Source: Ramazzottius varieornatus (taxonomy: Eukaryota; Animalia; Tardigrada). From it: a stretch of 64,000 bases of DNA. How positions within the stretch are numbered: position 1 is the stretch's first letter; the number at the start of each line of letters is the position of its first letter. The translations under genes and the position numbers were made by a program. A model generated the notes under the pieces. The model saw only the letters and a program-made list of their open reading frames with translations. It made no database searches and was not told the origin of the DNA. This document shows, piece after piece, positions 1-11,682 of this stretch. The DNA is taken from contig BDGG01000003.1 in assembly GCA_001949185.1 (NCBI GenBank), forward strand, positions 783,577-847,576, in the 5' to 3' direction.

Positions 1-138
1 GGGGGGGGGGAGTGTTCGGACGAGCCTCCGATCCATTATACTGACCATAAAACATTTGGGATTAGTCCTGGTTTCCTACAGAGCATTTTCGGTGCATTTT
101 GGGTTCAGTAAATGTTCATATATGCGACATATATCATC

Positions 139-186
139 ATGATATGATATGATATGATATGATATGATATGACATAATATATGATA
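139..186. repeat. (GATAT)n pentanucleotide microsatellite
   Basis: At least 6 perfect GATAT units at 141-170 with degenerate units on either side. Confidence 0.85.
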
Positions 187-763
187 CACTGAGCCCCATA
201 ATCATCTGTCCACACCCATTTTTGTTCCCGGAGCGTCATTTTATTCATAACTTATCTTGCACTAACCCGATTCTGATATCTTGGACGTCTCTTTGGAGGT
301 CAGTGTTTGACCTTTACGACCACGTGACTTCCGCATGAATCAATCAGCAAATCAGCTGGCAGTATCCTCCCTACAAACACCTAAAACTGCCTTGTTTTCG
401 ACTCCGAGCTGCGGGTGCTAGCCAGCAGATAGCACATCATGCTTGTTACTATTATGTGGCCCCAACATTAAGCTTTCAATTAAGCCCATTTCAAAAACTT
501 TTGCAGATATGCAGAGAAAGCTGTGTTGTCGTGTCAACCAGGAAGTATTGTCGGTTATTTTCGGTGGTGCATATTCACGACGCCTTTCGCACCCAGAAGG
601 TGAAAATATATGGGACGAAGTCTGAGAACTTATGAAGCCTCGCAAGGGAATTAGGTTAAAACGTGAAGAGCCCACCTTTGAGAGAGGCGCACTAGCTTAA
701 TGGATATTGAGAGGGTAGCGGATCGGTCTCATCGGAAGATCGTCTGATTGATTGCCAGTACTA

Positions 764-894
764 TTCCCTCGAAAGTTCTGCTCATTCACATGACAGGCCT
801 CTAAAATAACCCCCGAGCCTTGCTGACCAAACCACGATCACCCGGGGCCTGATTTATGGGGCTGTCATGTGACTGTGCAGAACTTTCGAGGGAA
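764..894. mobile_element. ~130 bp MITE with ~34 bp terminal inverted repeats
   Basis: ttccctcgaaagttctgctcattcacatgacag pairs with ctgtcatgtgactgtgcagaactttcgagggaa. Related degenerate copies occur near 29035-29150 and 54505-54572. Confidence 0.75.
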
Positions 895-939
895 CACAGC
901 ACTTCCAAACTGATTTATTTGTGGAAGACCATTCCAAAT

Positions 940-1625
940 CGTCACCACCGTTTACTCCGTACACCACTTTCTAATTAAGGTCCACCACCCGAGACTTCGA
1001 ACACCACTTTTTGCCAGATCGGTTTTTATTACTTAGTTTCAGAGAAGAAAGTTAGATCACGCTTCTATCGTAATTACAGGCGGCAAGAGGTGTTTTTCAA
1101 CAGCGGGATCTTTAGGATCGTGAGTTTTTCCTGTTCTCCGAACTTGCCACAACACGAACTTAGGACGAACTTATGGCGAACTTATGGCGCTGGGTGTCGC
1201 GAAACGAATCGGTGTCTTTCAACGTCTCACTTCTTTTGACGTTGAAAGTTGTAAATGTCCGCTTGTAAAGTCCGCGAGAACTTCTTCAAAAGCCTCATAG
1301 GTGGAGAATTCGGCTCCTTGATGGAATACATTTTTGTCATGGCTACAATCACAGTCAGAACTGCTCCCACAACTTCTTCCAGTACTACTAGACATTTCTT
1401 GTTGAGATACTTCAAGCTAAAGATTAAGTCCAAAGTGGTGAGTGTCCGGAAACCAATGCTCATTTGTAACCGCCTTCACGCATCTCTTAGAAACAAAAGT
1501 GGTGCGCGGAGAGTTTGAATTGTAATTGAGTAACGGTGGTGAACGAAAGGTGGTACGCCCAGACAAACGGTGGTGAAAGGTGGTGTGCGGAGACAATGGT
1601 GGTTCTCGCTGGTGTGCGGAGCACT
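940..1625. mobile_element. degenerate element with inverted subterminal repeats
   Basis: Clustered caccac motifs (tcaccaccgttt, tccgtacaccacttt) at 940-1012 are mirrored by gtggtg motifs (aaacggtggtga, aaaggtggtgtgcgga) at 1495-1620. No clear TSD. Confidence 0.4.
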
Positions 1626-1976
1626 TCCCTTAAACAAACTCTTTAGTCTGTGTTCGATCAATTACTCCACTTGATCATACCGTTTACAGTCATAGGAAAA
1701 TTTTCTCACAAAAGCTCAATTTGTTGATGTCTAAATTTGGATGGAAAACCCAGATTTTGTGAAATGCAATAGACGGAGAAATGGGACGGAAAACACCCCA
1801 GCTCACCTTACGATCAAGGAGAGCGGCAAACTCTGCTTGGGCAAGGTGCAAAAAAGTGCACGGTTGGTAAATTTTTACGATCTGTGAGAATCAAACATGA
1901 AGCCGTCTGGTTTCATCGTTACCACACTAGCCTTCCGGTCTGTGGAACAACTATACAGCGCTGACGCTTCGGTCGG

Positions 1977-3583
1977 TCACACTTTGAGCGAGGCATGCAA
2001 GAGCCGGCGGAAGGTTTCTGCAGAATCACCGCCGTCATCGACTGCTGCCCCAGCTGCCCGGCTTATGCGCTGCGCCGTTTCAAAATATGGGCTTTCGGCA
2101 AAGGGTGTATCCCACTGGGCAACTTCGTCTATCAGGTTCGTCAATTCTTTGCGACCAACCATCCGCCCTCCAGTTATACCCGCCTTGTCTAGTTGTTCCG
2201 CATCCGACGACAGAAATCAACTCCGCATTTCCGTGCTGATCACCCATCATCGGCTAGAACACGATCTTGTTGTACACATACCGGTAAGAATAATGTATGA
2301 CTGATTAAAGCTTTGAACGGATCAACATGATAGTTACCCATGCAACTATCGGAACTCCGTTCCAAATTGCTTCCAACACACTCTTCCACCCGCAATGACT
2401 TACAAACACGCGGATCGGCTTTGTGTTTTAGAACCATGTCCTGAGGCGCCCAGGGAACAATCAAATACTTCATGCCCATACATCCAGACTCTTGTCTGAT
2501 AGCATCTTGTATCACAGTCGACAGGAACTTCTCTTGAGCTGGTCTCAGCGACCAGATGAAAGGCCGCTTCAGTCCAATCAAGGCTTCGGCAATCTCCTGT
2601 ATCTATTACTCGCTTGCTGTGGCGACGGTACCAAAGGAAAGGTAAACTACTGACTGTTCTGGCTGGACGTCCAACCAAGAGATAACTGGACTTATCTCGC
2701 TCCGATCGCTAACGGATGGGGCAAGCAGTCCGATGAACTTAATGCTCAGATCGCCAAGGCCTGGTTGCAATTCGGCCAGGTTTTCACAGAACGAAGGTTC
2801 CAACGCTTGGAAAGAGTTGATAAGTATTCCCTGCGACTGTAACACGGCTCTTCTTCCTCTAGCCAATCGTTCGTTCCATCTGGAAGAGACCGTAGGGGGA
2901 GCTTTAGCCGCTAAGGCATGGTCATCTGGGCGCATCAGCTTTCTCCGAACGTGAGCGCTTGCCATGGGCGAAAACCCGAAGACTGAGATGTTACGGTGAG
3001 ACGCTGCTTCAAATGGTACAGCCCCAAATGTGATGTCCGCATTATAACATCCACAGCCTCCATCTCGCGGACTGATCCGTCAGACATCTCTTTTTCTTGC
3101 GAAGTAGACAGGCGGAAGATGAAACTTTTCAGAGCTTTGCAACTTTTGTTGGTTACATCCAATATTACTGTAATGCTTCATGAACTTCGCGAAACACGTC
3201 CTCATACGCGCGAAACACGTCCTCATACGCGCGAAACATGCCTTAAGGGGTTGGTAGGGCAAGATTTTCGGACCGGGGTTCAACTGCACGCGTATGATCA
3301 CGTGCTTTGCGAAGTTCATGAAGCATTACAGTACTTCAGCCGTCAGTTGCTCGTCGAAGACATGTTGGACGCCGTCATCTAGCCTCACAAAGTGGATGGT
3401 AGTTTCGTCCTGCAGCGTCATCATTTTCCGGGATCGCCTGTCATTCAACAGGCTCTCCGATGTGGCTAGACTTGCCCGGTGGCCTGCTTTGACAACTTTC
3501 CGCGATAGTTCCAGTAAGGGAGTGATATACCCGAAAGCCGGAAAAGGTAACCGTAGGAAGTGCTTGTTGAAACCCTCTGCCAT
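1977..3583 (-). pseudogene. plant-type family-1 UDP-glycosyltransferase pseudogene
   Basis: Motifs HFLRLPFPAFGYITPLLEL, ILINSFQALE, WLDVQPEQSVVYLSFGT, PSPG box [33 protein letters not shown]|PMMGDQHGNA, and C-terminal AAVDDGGDSAETF. Disrupted by a MITE (3168-3331), stops TAA TAG at 2603-2608 and a +1 frameshift near 2416. Intron at 2254-2337. Confidence 0.85.
3168..3331. mobile_element. TA-flanked MITE (Tc1/mariner-type) inserted in the UGT
   Basis: ~43 bp TIRs ctgtaatgcttcatgaacttcgcgaaacacg / cgtgctttgcgaagttcatgaagcattacag with TA on both sides, plus an internal 21-bp tandem repeat. Removing the element restores the UGT frame. Confidence 0.88.
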
Positions 3584-5067
3584 ATCGCATGCCTATGATG
3601 ATGGAGAAACACAATAATTTAATATAATTTAATACCCCCCTTATACTCCCAGAGCTCGAAATTGCGTGGTCTTTTAAGTGTTAACATTCCTACCGTACCT
3701 TTTTCGTATCTCAGGTATCCATCATTCATTGCTACGCGGAAAGGAAGTTCAAGCGCGGTTTCAAAACTGGATATCCAGTCAATCTTTCGGTGTTCTCTCC
3801 AATATTAGCGCGATCTCTCACAACGGTTGTACAGTGCGTTAAAGGCCGAATTTTCAGCCCATAGCCCGTGTGTAGATAGCCTAACGAAAGCTCGCAGTGG
3901 GTCGGAATTTCATGATACGGTACTTTTGTTGTCACATGACGTTACTGTATAGAGCACAACAAGTTAAGAAGCTCTTCGCACACTGCGATGATTTATCACT
4001 AATAATCCAACTGATAACGCTAATAAACCAGTTCGAGCTTACAATTTCTCACAGCACTGAGAGTGTCTCCTTCCGATCGTTGCGCTCCCAAGCTACAGTC
4101 CCCCACCTCCAAGTTATAGCAGGAGGAAACCGTGGCACTCAACTTACGAAACTGGAATTCCATTTGACCCCACTGCCCGCCATTTGCCTCCCAGATGGAC
4201 CGATACCCACGGATATCTTTCTTAAGCTGATATGGTATCCTTGGCTGACAGCACAGTAGATCAGCTGCATTGATCGTTTCCTCCTGGATAAGTCTTTTTT
4301 CCCACGCCGCTAGGCAGTGATGGAGTAGGGACTAGAACCATATAGCAGTAGCAAACCTGTGCCGCATCTTTATCTTCACCCTATTCGGATTTCAGAAACC
4401 GCACTGCACTGAAAGTATTTAGTTTCTGGAAGCTCACCGCGTTTAACGGAAATACATATACATTGTGAAAATGGCCGTTTTGCGAAGATTCAGCGAAAAC
4501 GTTGTTGAATTCTGCCCACAACTACGAGAAAAGCTGTGATGTTATGGATTTCATCCGGAACAGAAAAAGCATATTTCAGCGATCGCAACCCAGTTTTTGA
4601 AACTGCAACAGCACTGCCACTGCATTCTTTCCACCATTTCGGCGACTGCAGCTGCACTGCAATTCATTAGATTACAGTGTAGTGCAGAATGCACGGCAGG
4701 AACCAGTAGCTCTTCAGCGGTGAACACATCATCTTTGGGAGTGAAACGGTGCACGTGGCTAATGTCGTAGAGATCGTATAAGATATCCAGTGCGCGTATG
4801 AAAGCGAAAAATGTGTTGCTTACAGCAAGCGCAGATACAGACGAGGCAAGAATTTATCATTTCATGAAGCTACCGACTCGAGATGTTCTCCAGTGGGCTT
4901 TCCGCGGATGCACCATGAAAAAAAGGACTCTGCAAATTGGGCGACTCTGTTTGCGTGCCGTACCTATTTCAAAATATGCACCCATTCACTGTATACGTAC
5001 GCATACTGGGCGCATACAGTCATCAACATGGTCTTAATTATTAGCAGAGGATACGAGCAAGCTTTCT

Positions 5068-8000
5068 TCAGTGAACGAACTTTTTCGCGTATCTTTCATG
5101 CGTGTTCCAACGCTGCTCAATGGAACTACCAGTGGGTGACCTGAAGTTGACACGACGGTTCGTAGGGATCATGTCACTGGGGTAGTCGGTAGAGCGGCGC
5201 ACTAGGCCGTAATGCGCCTGAATGTTGTCGCCTTTCCAGCAGCGAGTCAAGTTGGTCTTGACGCTCTGCCGGTATCGCGGGTTGCTGAATGCGTAAACTG
5301 CAAATCACATCGTCAAGACTTTATTGTCCGGTCGCTCGGAATCTGTGCCAAACCTTCAGTTTAATGGCGTTACTGCTCGCCGTGCTCACACCGCCCGTAT
5401 ACTTGCGACTTGGTTACTCGACTACATTGGTTTCAGCATGGTGTAATGTACAGTGTAAATTATGCAGTTTTGAGCCTTGCAAATCAGCTTGGTATCCTGT
5501 GTAGTGAATGATTAGCAGGCCCCAAATCGAAACCGAAAATTTTTGGGACGGATTCCAAGCGACCGGGCCGTATTGAGGTTGCAACTGATTAGTTTAACGG
5601 CTCATACTTATTGGGTTATAAAGTGCAGCCGTCTTAGCAAAGACGGACGGGAGGTGGTACGCCATTGGAGTCAGATAGTCCTTCTCTCCGAAGACGCCTA
5701 ACAATGCAACCACGCAGTAGGGCGTCCAAGCTAAGAGCCAACCCAGCAAGATGCACACGCTAACTTTCGCCGACTTTATCTGTTGCGCTCTGGCCGCTCT
5801 TTCATTAGTCGAGTTGGCTTTGTGACTGCAAACAGTGGTGGACAGGGTTCTCAGCAAGGTCGCTCGATGCACGATAACTGACAGAATTTTCCCATATGAC
5901 ACGCTGATTATCATCAGCGGTAAGAAGTACGCCCCGATGCACCTAAATGATAAGGACGGTCCCTGTCATTATTTTACCCTCGATAACGGAGATGCGGTCC
6001 TACCCGTTTTTACACCTTGGTGGCTTCCATCAATGAAGGCTGATATTACATCGGATGGATACCCTACCCTCGATTACAGTAAGTCTTCCGCCTGAAATTT
6101 CGCGTGTCGTCATATGACATCTCGGCTTACATTAGGCTGATGTACGCTCTGTTAGAGGTAGTGGTATCCAGCACGTTGAACGAGCACGTTACCAAGTAGC
6201 CTGCGGGTACCTATAATGTATGAGCCAGCAATTAACCAATAGCCAAAAAAAATGTCTGATGCAGAATCGAAAATCCATGGTCTTACGTAAGACGGAAATC
6301 CCGGTAGCAGAGGAATGACAGCCCACAAAAAGCTAGGAAGAACATTGAAAAATGTTCCCTTACTTTATATTTGAAGTGCACGTGTACTGTACCAGACTGA
6401 AACAGTTCTGCCTCCAGTGTGTTCACTGCATTAAGAGTGCGCGTTGATACACATTTTCCAGTCAATCAATGACGTTCAAAATCAACAGCGGAACTGAAGC
6501 TACAAAATTCCTTCCTAGTCAATCAATGGTCAACGCCTGACTTACGATCAACAGGAAAATTCCTCCCTGTCTTGTCTCTGCACTTGATTGTGTGATTAGA
6601 CTTCTCCAGTGTATCAGCGAGTCTGTAGAGAGGCCCGTACTGCAGTGAACACACTAGGGGCAGTATTGTTTAACTCTGACTGTACCTACCAACTTAATGC
6701 GCATCCAACCACGTGAACAAGCAGTAGTTTCCTGGTGAGACTCTCACCAGGGAATCATACAGGCACACTGATAACATCCGAACACACAGGGAAATGATGA
6801 CCCCTCACGTGGTTCAGCGCGCGTAAGTTTGTTAGCACAGCAGTAAATTGAGGATTGGACATCATAACGTCGTGATTCATACCTGTATACCCATATGCAG
6901 TAGAGGACAGATTTTGATCGCTTTGCGGTGATGGAGGGTCGAATCCGCTCGAATGGTGTACTAGAACATTAGGAGTTCTCAGTCTTGCTTGCACAACCGT
7001 GTTGATTGCGTTGATCTAGGAAACGCCTTGCTAAATTTCACTTTCAAGATAAGCAGCTCGAGGGCTGCTAATTTTGAAAGCCAAATTTGCTTTTGTCATA
7101 CACACTTGGCTCAAAATTTCAAAATTTAATTTCTCAGCTGATTTCCGTTTCCCCCGTGCTTCACATCGCGAGATACCTTTTCTCGCTTGGGATTCGTGAT
7201 GCCTATCATCGCCGAGGATACTGGAGAAAGAGGCTAGCCAGAGAAAAAGCCAGAAGTTTCATCAGGCAAAAGGCAAAGTTTGCCCACAAACCCACCTCTC
7301 TAAACTCGTGCATCTCCGGTTGTTACGCACTGCTTTTAAAATTTCCGATTCTGTCTCACTCGCGTTTGATTTGAGTTGATCAAACTAATTGGGCAAGCAG
7401 CTTGTGAGTTCAACGGGTTTTGCCAACAAGACCGAGAACCCCTATTAGTCCAATGTTTCAAATGTGGTCAGAGGATTCTACAGTTACTAAAAAAGCAGTA
7501 CACTTACCAGATAACTGCACAGCGATCTATCGCCATTGCTGAGGCGCGCCCGAAAAGAAGAAATTGTATACGTACTTGGAGGGTATTTTGGTGTGCCGAT
7601 TCGCTACTACAAAACGCTTATCACAAACCAGTTATGGTCATGATGGCTGCAGTCCCGCACAATGACCCAACGAACCCATGAAATTGGCAGCCTGCAGCGG
7701 AAGACATCAATAAATTTGGCCAAAAAAATCAAGTATCAATAATTTAGCGAGTAGGTTTTCGTACCGAGAACCCCAAACATCCATTTCGAATGAAAACTGC
7801 TGACTGCGTACATGGGCGGGACAATAGTAGCCATCAACATATCGCAGAGGGCCAAGTTCACAACCATATCGTTCGAGCGGCTTCCGCCCCTTTTTGATCT
7901 GCAAAGAAATAGTACCATGAAAAAAAAGACCTGCTGTTTCTGTCCAGGTAGAAGAATCCAGATGACAGTGTGGTTCCACTCACATGTGGTTGTTGTAGAC

Positions 8001-8204
8001 CACAACTGCGTTACCGAAAAAGGCGACTAACCCGATGACCGAGATCACAAGACCTGTGATGACGTAGAAAGCTTTTGGAGCTGGTTCAAACTGCAGCCAG
8101 TGAGGCGGAATAATGGCCATCAGATCCTGGTCAGACCAGGTCGGAACGCAATGATGAAACGTATTCCTCTTCGTAGAACTTGCGCTCGAGATCGTAGAAG
8201 ACAT
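5068..8204 (-). CDS. rhabdomeric-type opsin, copy 1 (about 9 exons)
   Basis: Motifs IPPHWLQFEP, GNAVV, NLALCD, CQFHGF, IDRC, WAVIPLL..Y|VPAGYLVTCSFN, AWTPYCVV, FAKTAALYNPI (Lys296) and VYAFSNPRYR. Exons approx 8204-7984, 7897-7762, 7691-7629, 7538-7508, 6960-6883, 6333-6287, 6210-6131, 5942-5609, 5297-5068. Confidence 0.9.
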
Positions 8205-9777
8205 CTTGGTGCAGCAGAGGTGAGAGGTCGGAAGTGCGAAGGGTCCAAAGGAGAGAAGAAGGATCCTGTCTATTTCGGAGTTTCCCTTTCAGATGTACTA
8301 AACGCTACACAGAAAGGTTGAGGGGTGCAGATACCGATAACTATATACGGGTCGGTAAATTTGTAATCTGCTGATTTATCAGTCGGATTACCAATGACTG
8401 CATTTGATCCTCGTCTCGCGGACTGGGAGATGAAAGCCGAAAGACTTCACCGAAAGGCTCGGCGCACATCCGGGATTTCCGTGAGTATCATGTGCTCTCG
8501 GATACCGGCAAACGAATGACAGACCATGCGTGATAACATAATTGTCTTCCGGGGGCAAAGCAAAGATACCGCGTTATGCCGATGGCTGTCAGTACGAGGG
8601 AAAGGTTGTAAATTTAGTCGTCCAAGTTCGTATGTTCTCTCCTACTTAATCCCAAACATATATGGATAGATCGATAGATAAAATAATGGGCTATCGAATG
8701 ATCTTAGGTACAGGCAACGTGAAGACTCGGAGAATCCAAGAGATCCGCAATTAAAAAAACAATGAATCCCATGTTAAAAAGCGAAGACTGACAATCAAAT
8801 GGTCAATCAAGCGATAGACGCTACAGCCGTGGCTAACTTCACAAACCCGGTGTGGGGCGGCTTAGTTTACCACCTTTACCTCGTAGCGTTACGTACCAAA
8901 AATCGGCTTCGCACGTTTTCCAACCTGGGACTTGTGTTTTCCCAGAGGGAGTCTCAAGGTCGAAATGTCTGGATAAAAATCACTTGCTGTGAACGGCGCC
9001 TTTGTGGTCTGCTGCAAAGTCGAAAATCGCTCAGAAAAGCACGTCCATCAACTAGATTATGTTAGTATTTCTTCTGGCAGATTTACAGAGTTGAACAGCA
9101 AATAAACTGGTGTTGGAATACTGTATTCTCTCCGGAAATGGATGTACGTCACTGATATCTGGTTCATTAGAGTGTTAGCGTAGCTGTTACACAAAGCCAG
9201 CATGGCGTCAGATCTTGACGTCATAAATTATCTCTGCACGACGCTGAAGAATAGACTGGGGAACAGCAGGTGCTATCGGCCGACGATCCTGGTTAGGTGG
9301 CCGATTCTTCAGTTTGCCCATAGCACAGTCTCGGAGTACAGCAAATGAGGTTCAGAAGGAAGAGAACGTTCGACGAGAAGTGACAGAAAATACAAAGCAA
9401 TCAGCACAGTCGGACAAAATACTATTAGTCTGTGCGAGTCATTCACTGAACAGCTGATTTTATAACTGAACCAAGCAAAATGTGAACTCTCCGGATTGAT
9501 TGGATTGATTGAGTCCTGTGGCGTCACAGCTATTTCAATCGTATGAGCTACCGCCTACCGACCATATTTACAGTTTCACATTTTGAATTGAGTGACGTAC
9601 ATCCATTTCCGGAGAGAATACAGTACTCGGGAGTTACGATCAAGCGAAGGATCGCATATTCGACTTCTGCAAGCCGACCTATCGACAGGCTTCCCGGGCG
9701 ATACAACGATTGTACAACTGGCTGGGCTGGGTAATAAGTGCTGCACAGTGGTATCGATCGGCATGCAAATCTCTCGA

Positions 9778-11682
9778 TCAGAAAACGACGGAACTTTCTT
9801 CCCTACTCGACGTTCCACGCACATCTTTCAGCCGGGTAGCAACACCGCTCACGGAACTTGCAGTAGGTGACAGAAAGCTGACGCGTTGATTCGCAGGAAC
9901 CATCTCGTTGACGTACTCGGTAGAGTGGCGCGCCAGGGTGTTTCGAGACGTATTGTCACCTCTCCAGCAACGGCGAAGATTGATTTTAACGCTGTGGCGG
10001 TACCGCGGATTACAGAAGGCGTAAACTGAAAAGCAACGTTTTTGAAAGTGTGCTGGTGGGATACAAAAGGAATCCGTACTTATAGGATTGTAAACGGCTG
10101 CCGTTTTTGCAAAGATGGAGGGAAGATGGTAAGCCAGGGGAGTCAAGTGCGCCTGCGCGCCGAAAATGGCCATCAAGGCAACTACGCAGTATGGTGTCCA
10201 AGCCATGAGCCAACCCATCAAAATCCAGACACTTATTTTAGCCGACTTTATCTGTTGTGTCTTGCCTGCCCTTTCTTCCATTGTTCGGGGTCCCGAACTG
10301 TTTGTAGACAAGGTTCGTAGTAAGGTTGCTTGTAACATGACGGCGGAGACAATCTTTCCGTATGCCACGCCGATTATCATCAAGGGTAGGAAGAAGACCC
10401 CAATGCACCTGGAGCGTACGAAAGTGTGATCGATAACGACCTTCTCACGTTGGTTTTTTTTTGGTCTTACATGAGGCCGATGTAGATCCGGTTGGCCAAG
10501 CTCGCGTCCAGCACGTTGAACGAACACGCCACCAAATAGCCCGCAGGTACCTGTCAGATAAAGAGGGTTTCAAGTAAGTGCACCAAACTGATCACGCTTG
10601 ATGTCTAAGTCCCAGCCTTACATATGATGGGAAGCCCGGCAGCAGCGGAATGACGGCCCACATGAAGCTAAAACAGAATGGAACATTGCATTTCATCGGA
10701 ATTCGATCTTGTTGATTACCGAGATGAATTTTCCAACCTGTAACTCCAAATGCACCAGAGCGAAAGTTTCGATCTTTGTACGGAAATGGATGGTCGTATT
10801 CTCTCGAAAGGCTTGCTGGAACACGAAAACGAAGCGTTGTCGAAAAAGAAATGACGGTATGCACCGCGACTTCTCCAGGAATAATCTTATGGGGAAGCCC
10901 GGATGAAACATCTAAAAATGAAATGGTCTCACCATATAACAGCACATCGGTCAATTGCCATTGCTGAAAAAACAGTCAGGATGGATCAAGTTTTCGGAAA
11001 GCGATAAGTAATTTTAGGACGATGCTCACCAGTTATGGTCATTATGGCGGCGGTCCCACATAGTGAGCAGACAAAACCGTGAAACTGGCAACCTGCGTAC
11101 AAGTAGTAACCGGATGACCACACGTATGTTACTATGTATTGTATTGTGGAGTTGCGTTGCCTCATTAGCAATCAATCTGATCCTGTGACTAACCTCACTT
11201 ACCGGAAACACCGAAAACCCATCTCGAGTGGAAACTGCTGACCGCGTACATAGGAGGAACGATGGCAGCCATCATCATATCGCAAAAAGCCAAGTTGACC
11301 ACCAGATCATTGGAACGACTCCCGCCGCGTTTGGAAGATCTGCAAGTCATAGTTCGAGGTTGAAGGTGAAAGATATCCTGATCGATATGTCGGACATTGA
11401 GAAGTGATTGAAATGAGCATCGCTTTGGTAATTCGCTTGAGTTCGGGTAACTCACTTGTGGTAACCGTATACCACGACGGCGTTACCAAGAAAGGCGACG
11501 CAACCAATCACCGAGATGACAAGACCTGTTACAGTGAAGAATGCTTTCGAAGCTGGTTCGAACTGCAACCAGTGCGGTGGGATTATGGACACCAGTCCCT
11601 CATCGGACCAAGATAACGCCGGATGGACAAACGTCGATGGAGCTGGGGAAGTCGTACTTGCCACTGGACCCGGAGTAAACAT
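9778..11682 (-). CDS. rhabdomeric-type opsin, copy 2 (tandem paralog with the same intron positions)
   Basis: Motifs MFTPG..IIPPHWLQFEP, NLAFCD, CQFHGF, IDRC, Y|VPAGYLVACSFN, AWTPYCVV, FAKTAAVYNPI and VYAFCNPRYR. Exons approx 11682-11456, 11339-11203, 11092-11030, 10963-10932, 10825-10738, 10667-10622, 10550-10471, 10408-10080, 10026-9778. Confidence 0.9.

Noticed and set aside
2240-2420. Apparent deletion of the UGT PSPG box in the ORF track
   Set aside because: The box is present. It is hidden by a +1 frameshift and an intron.
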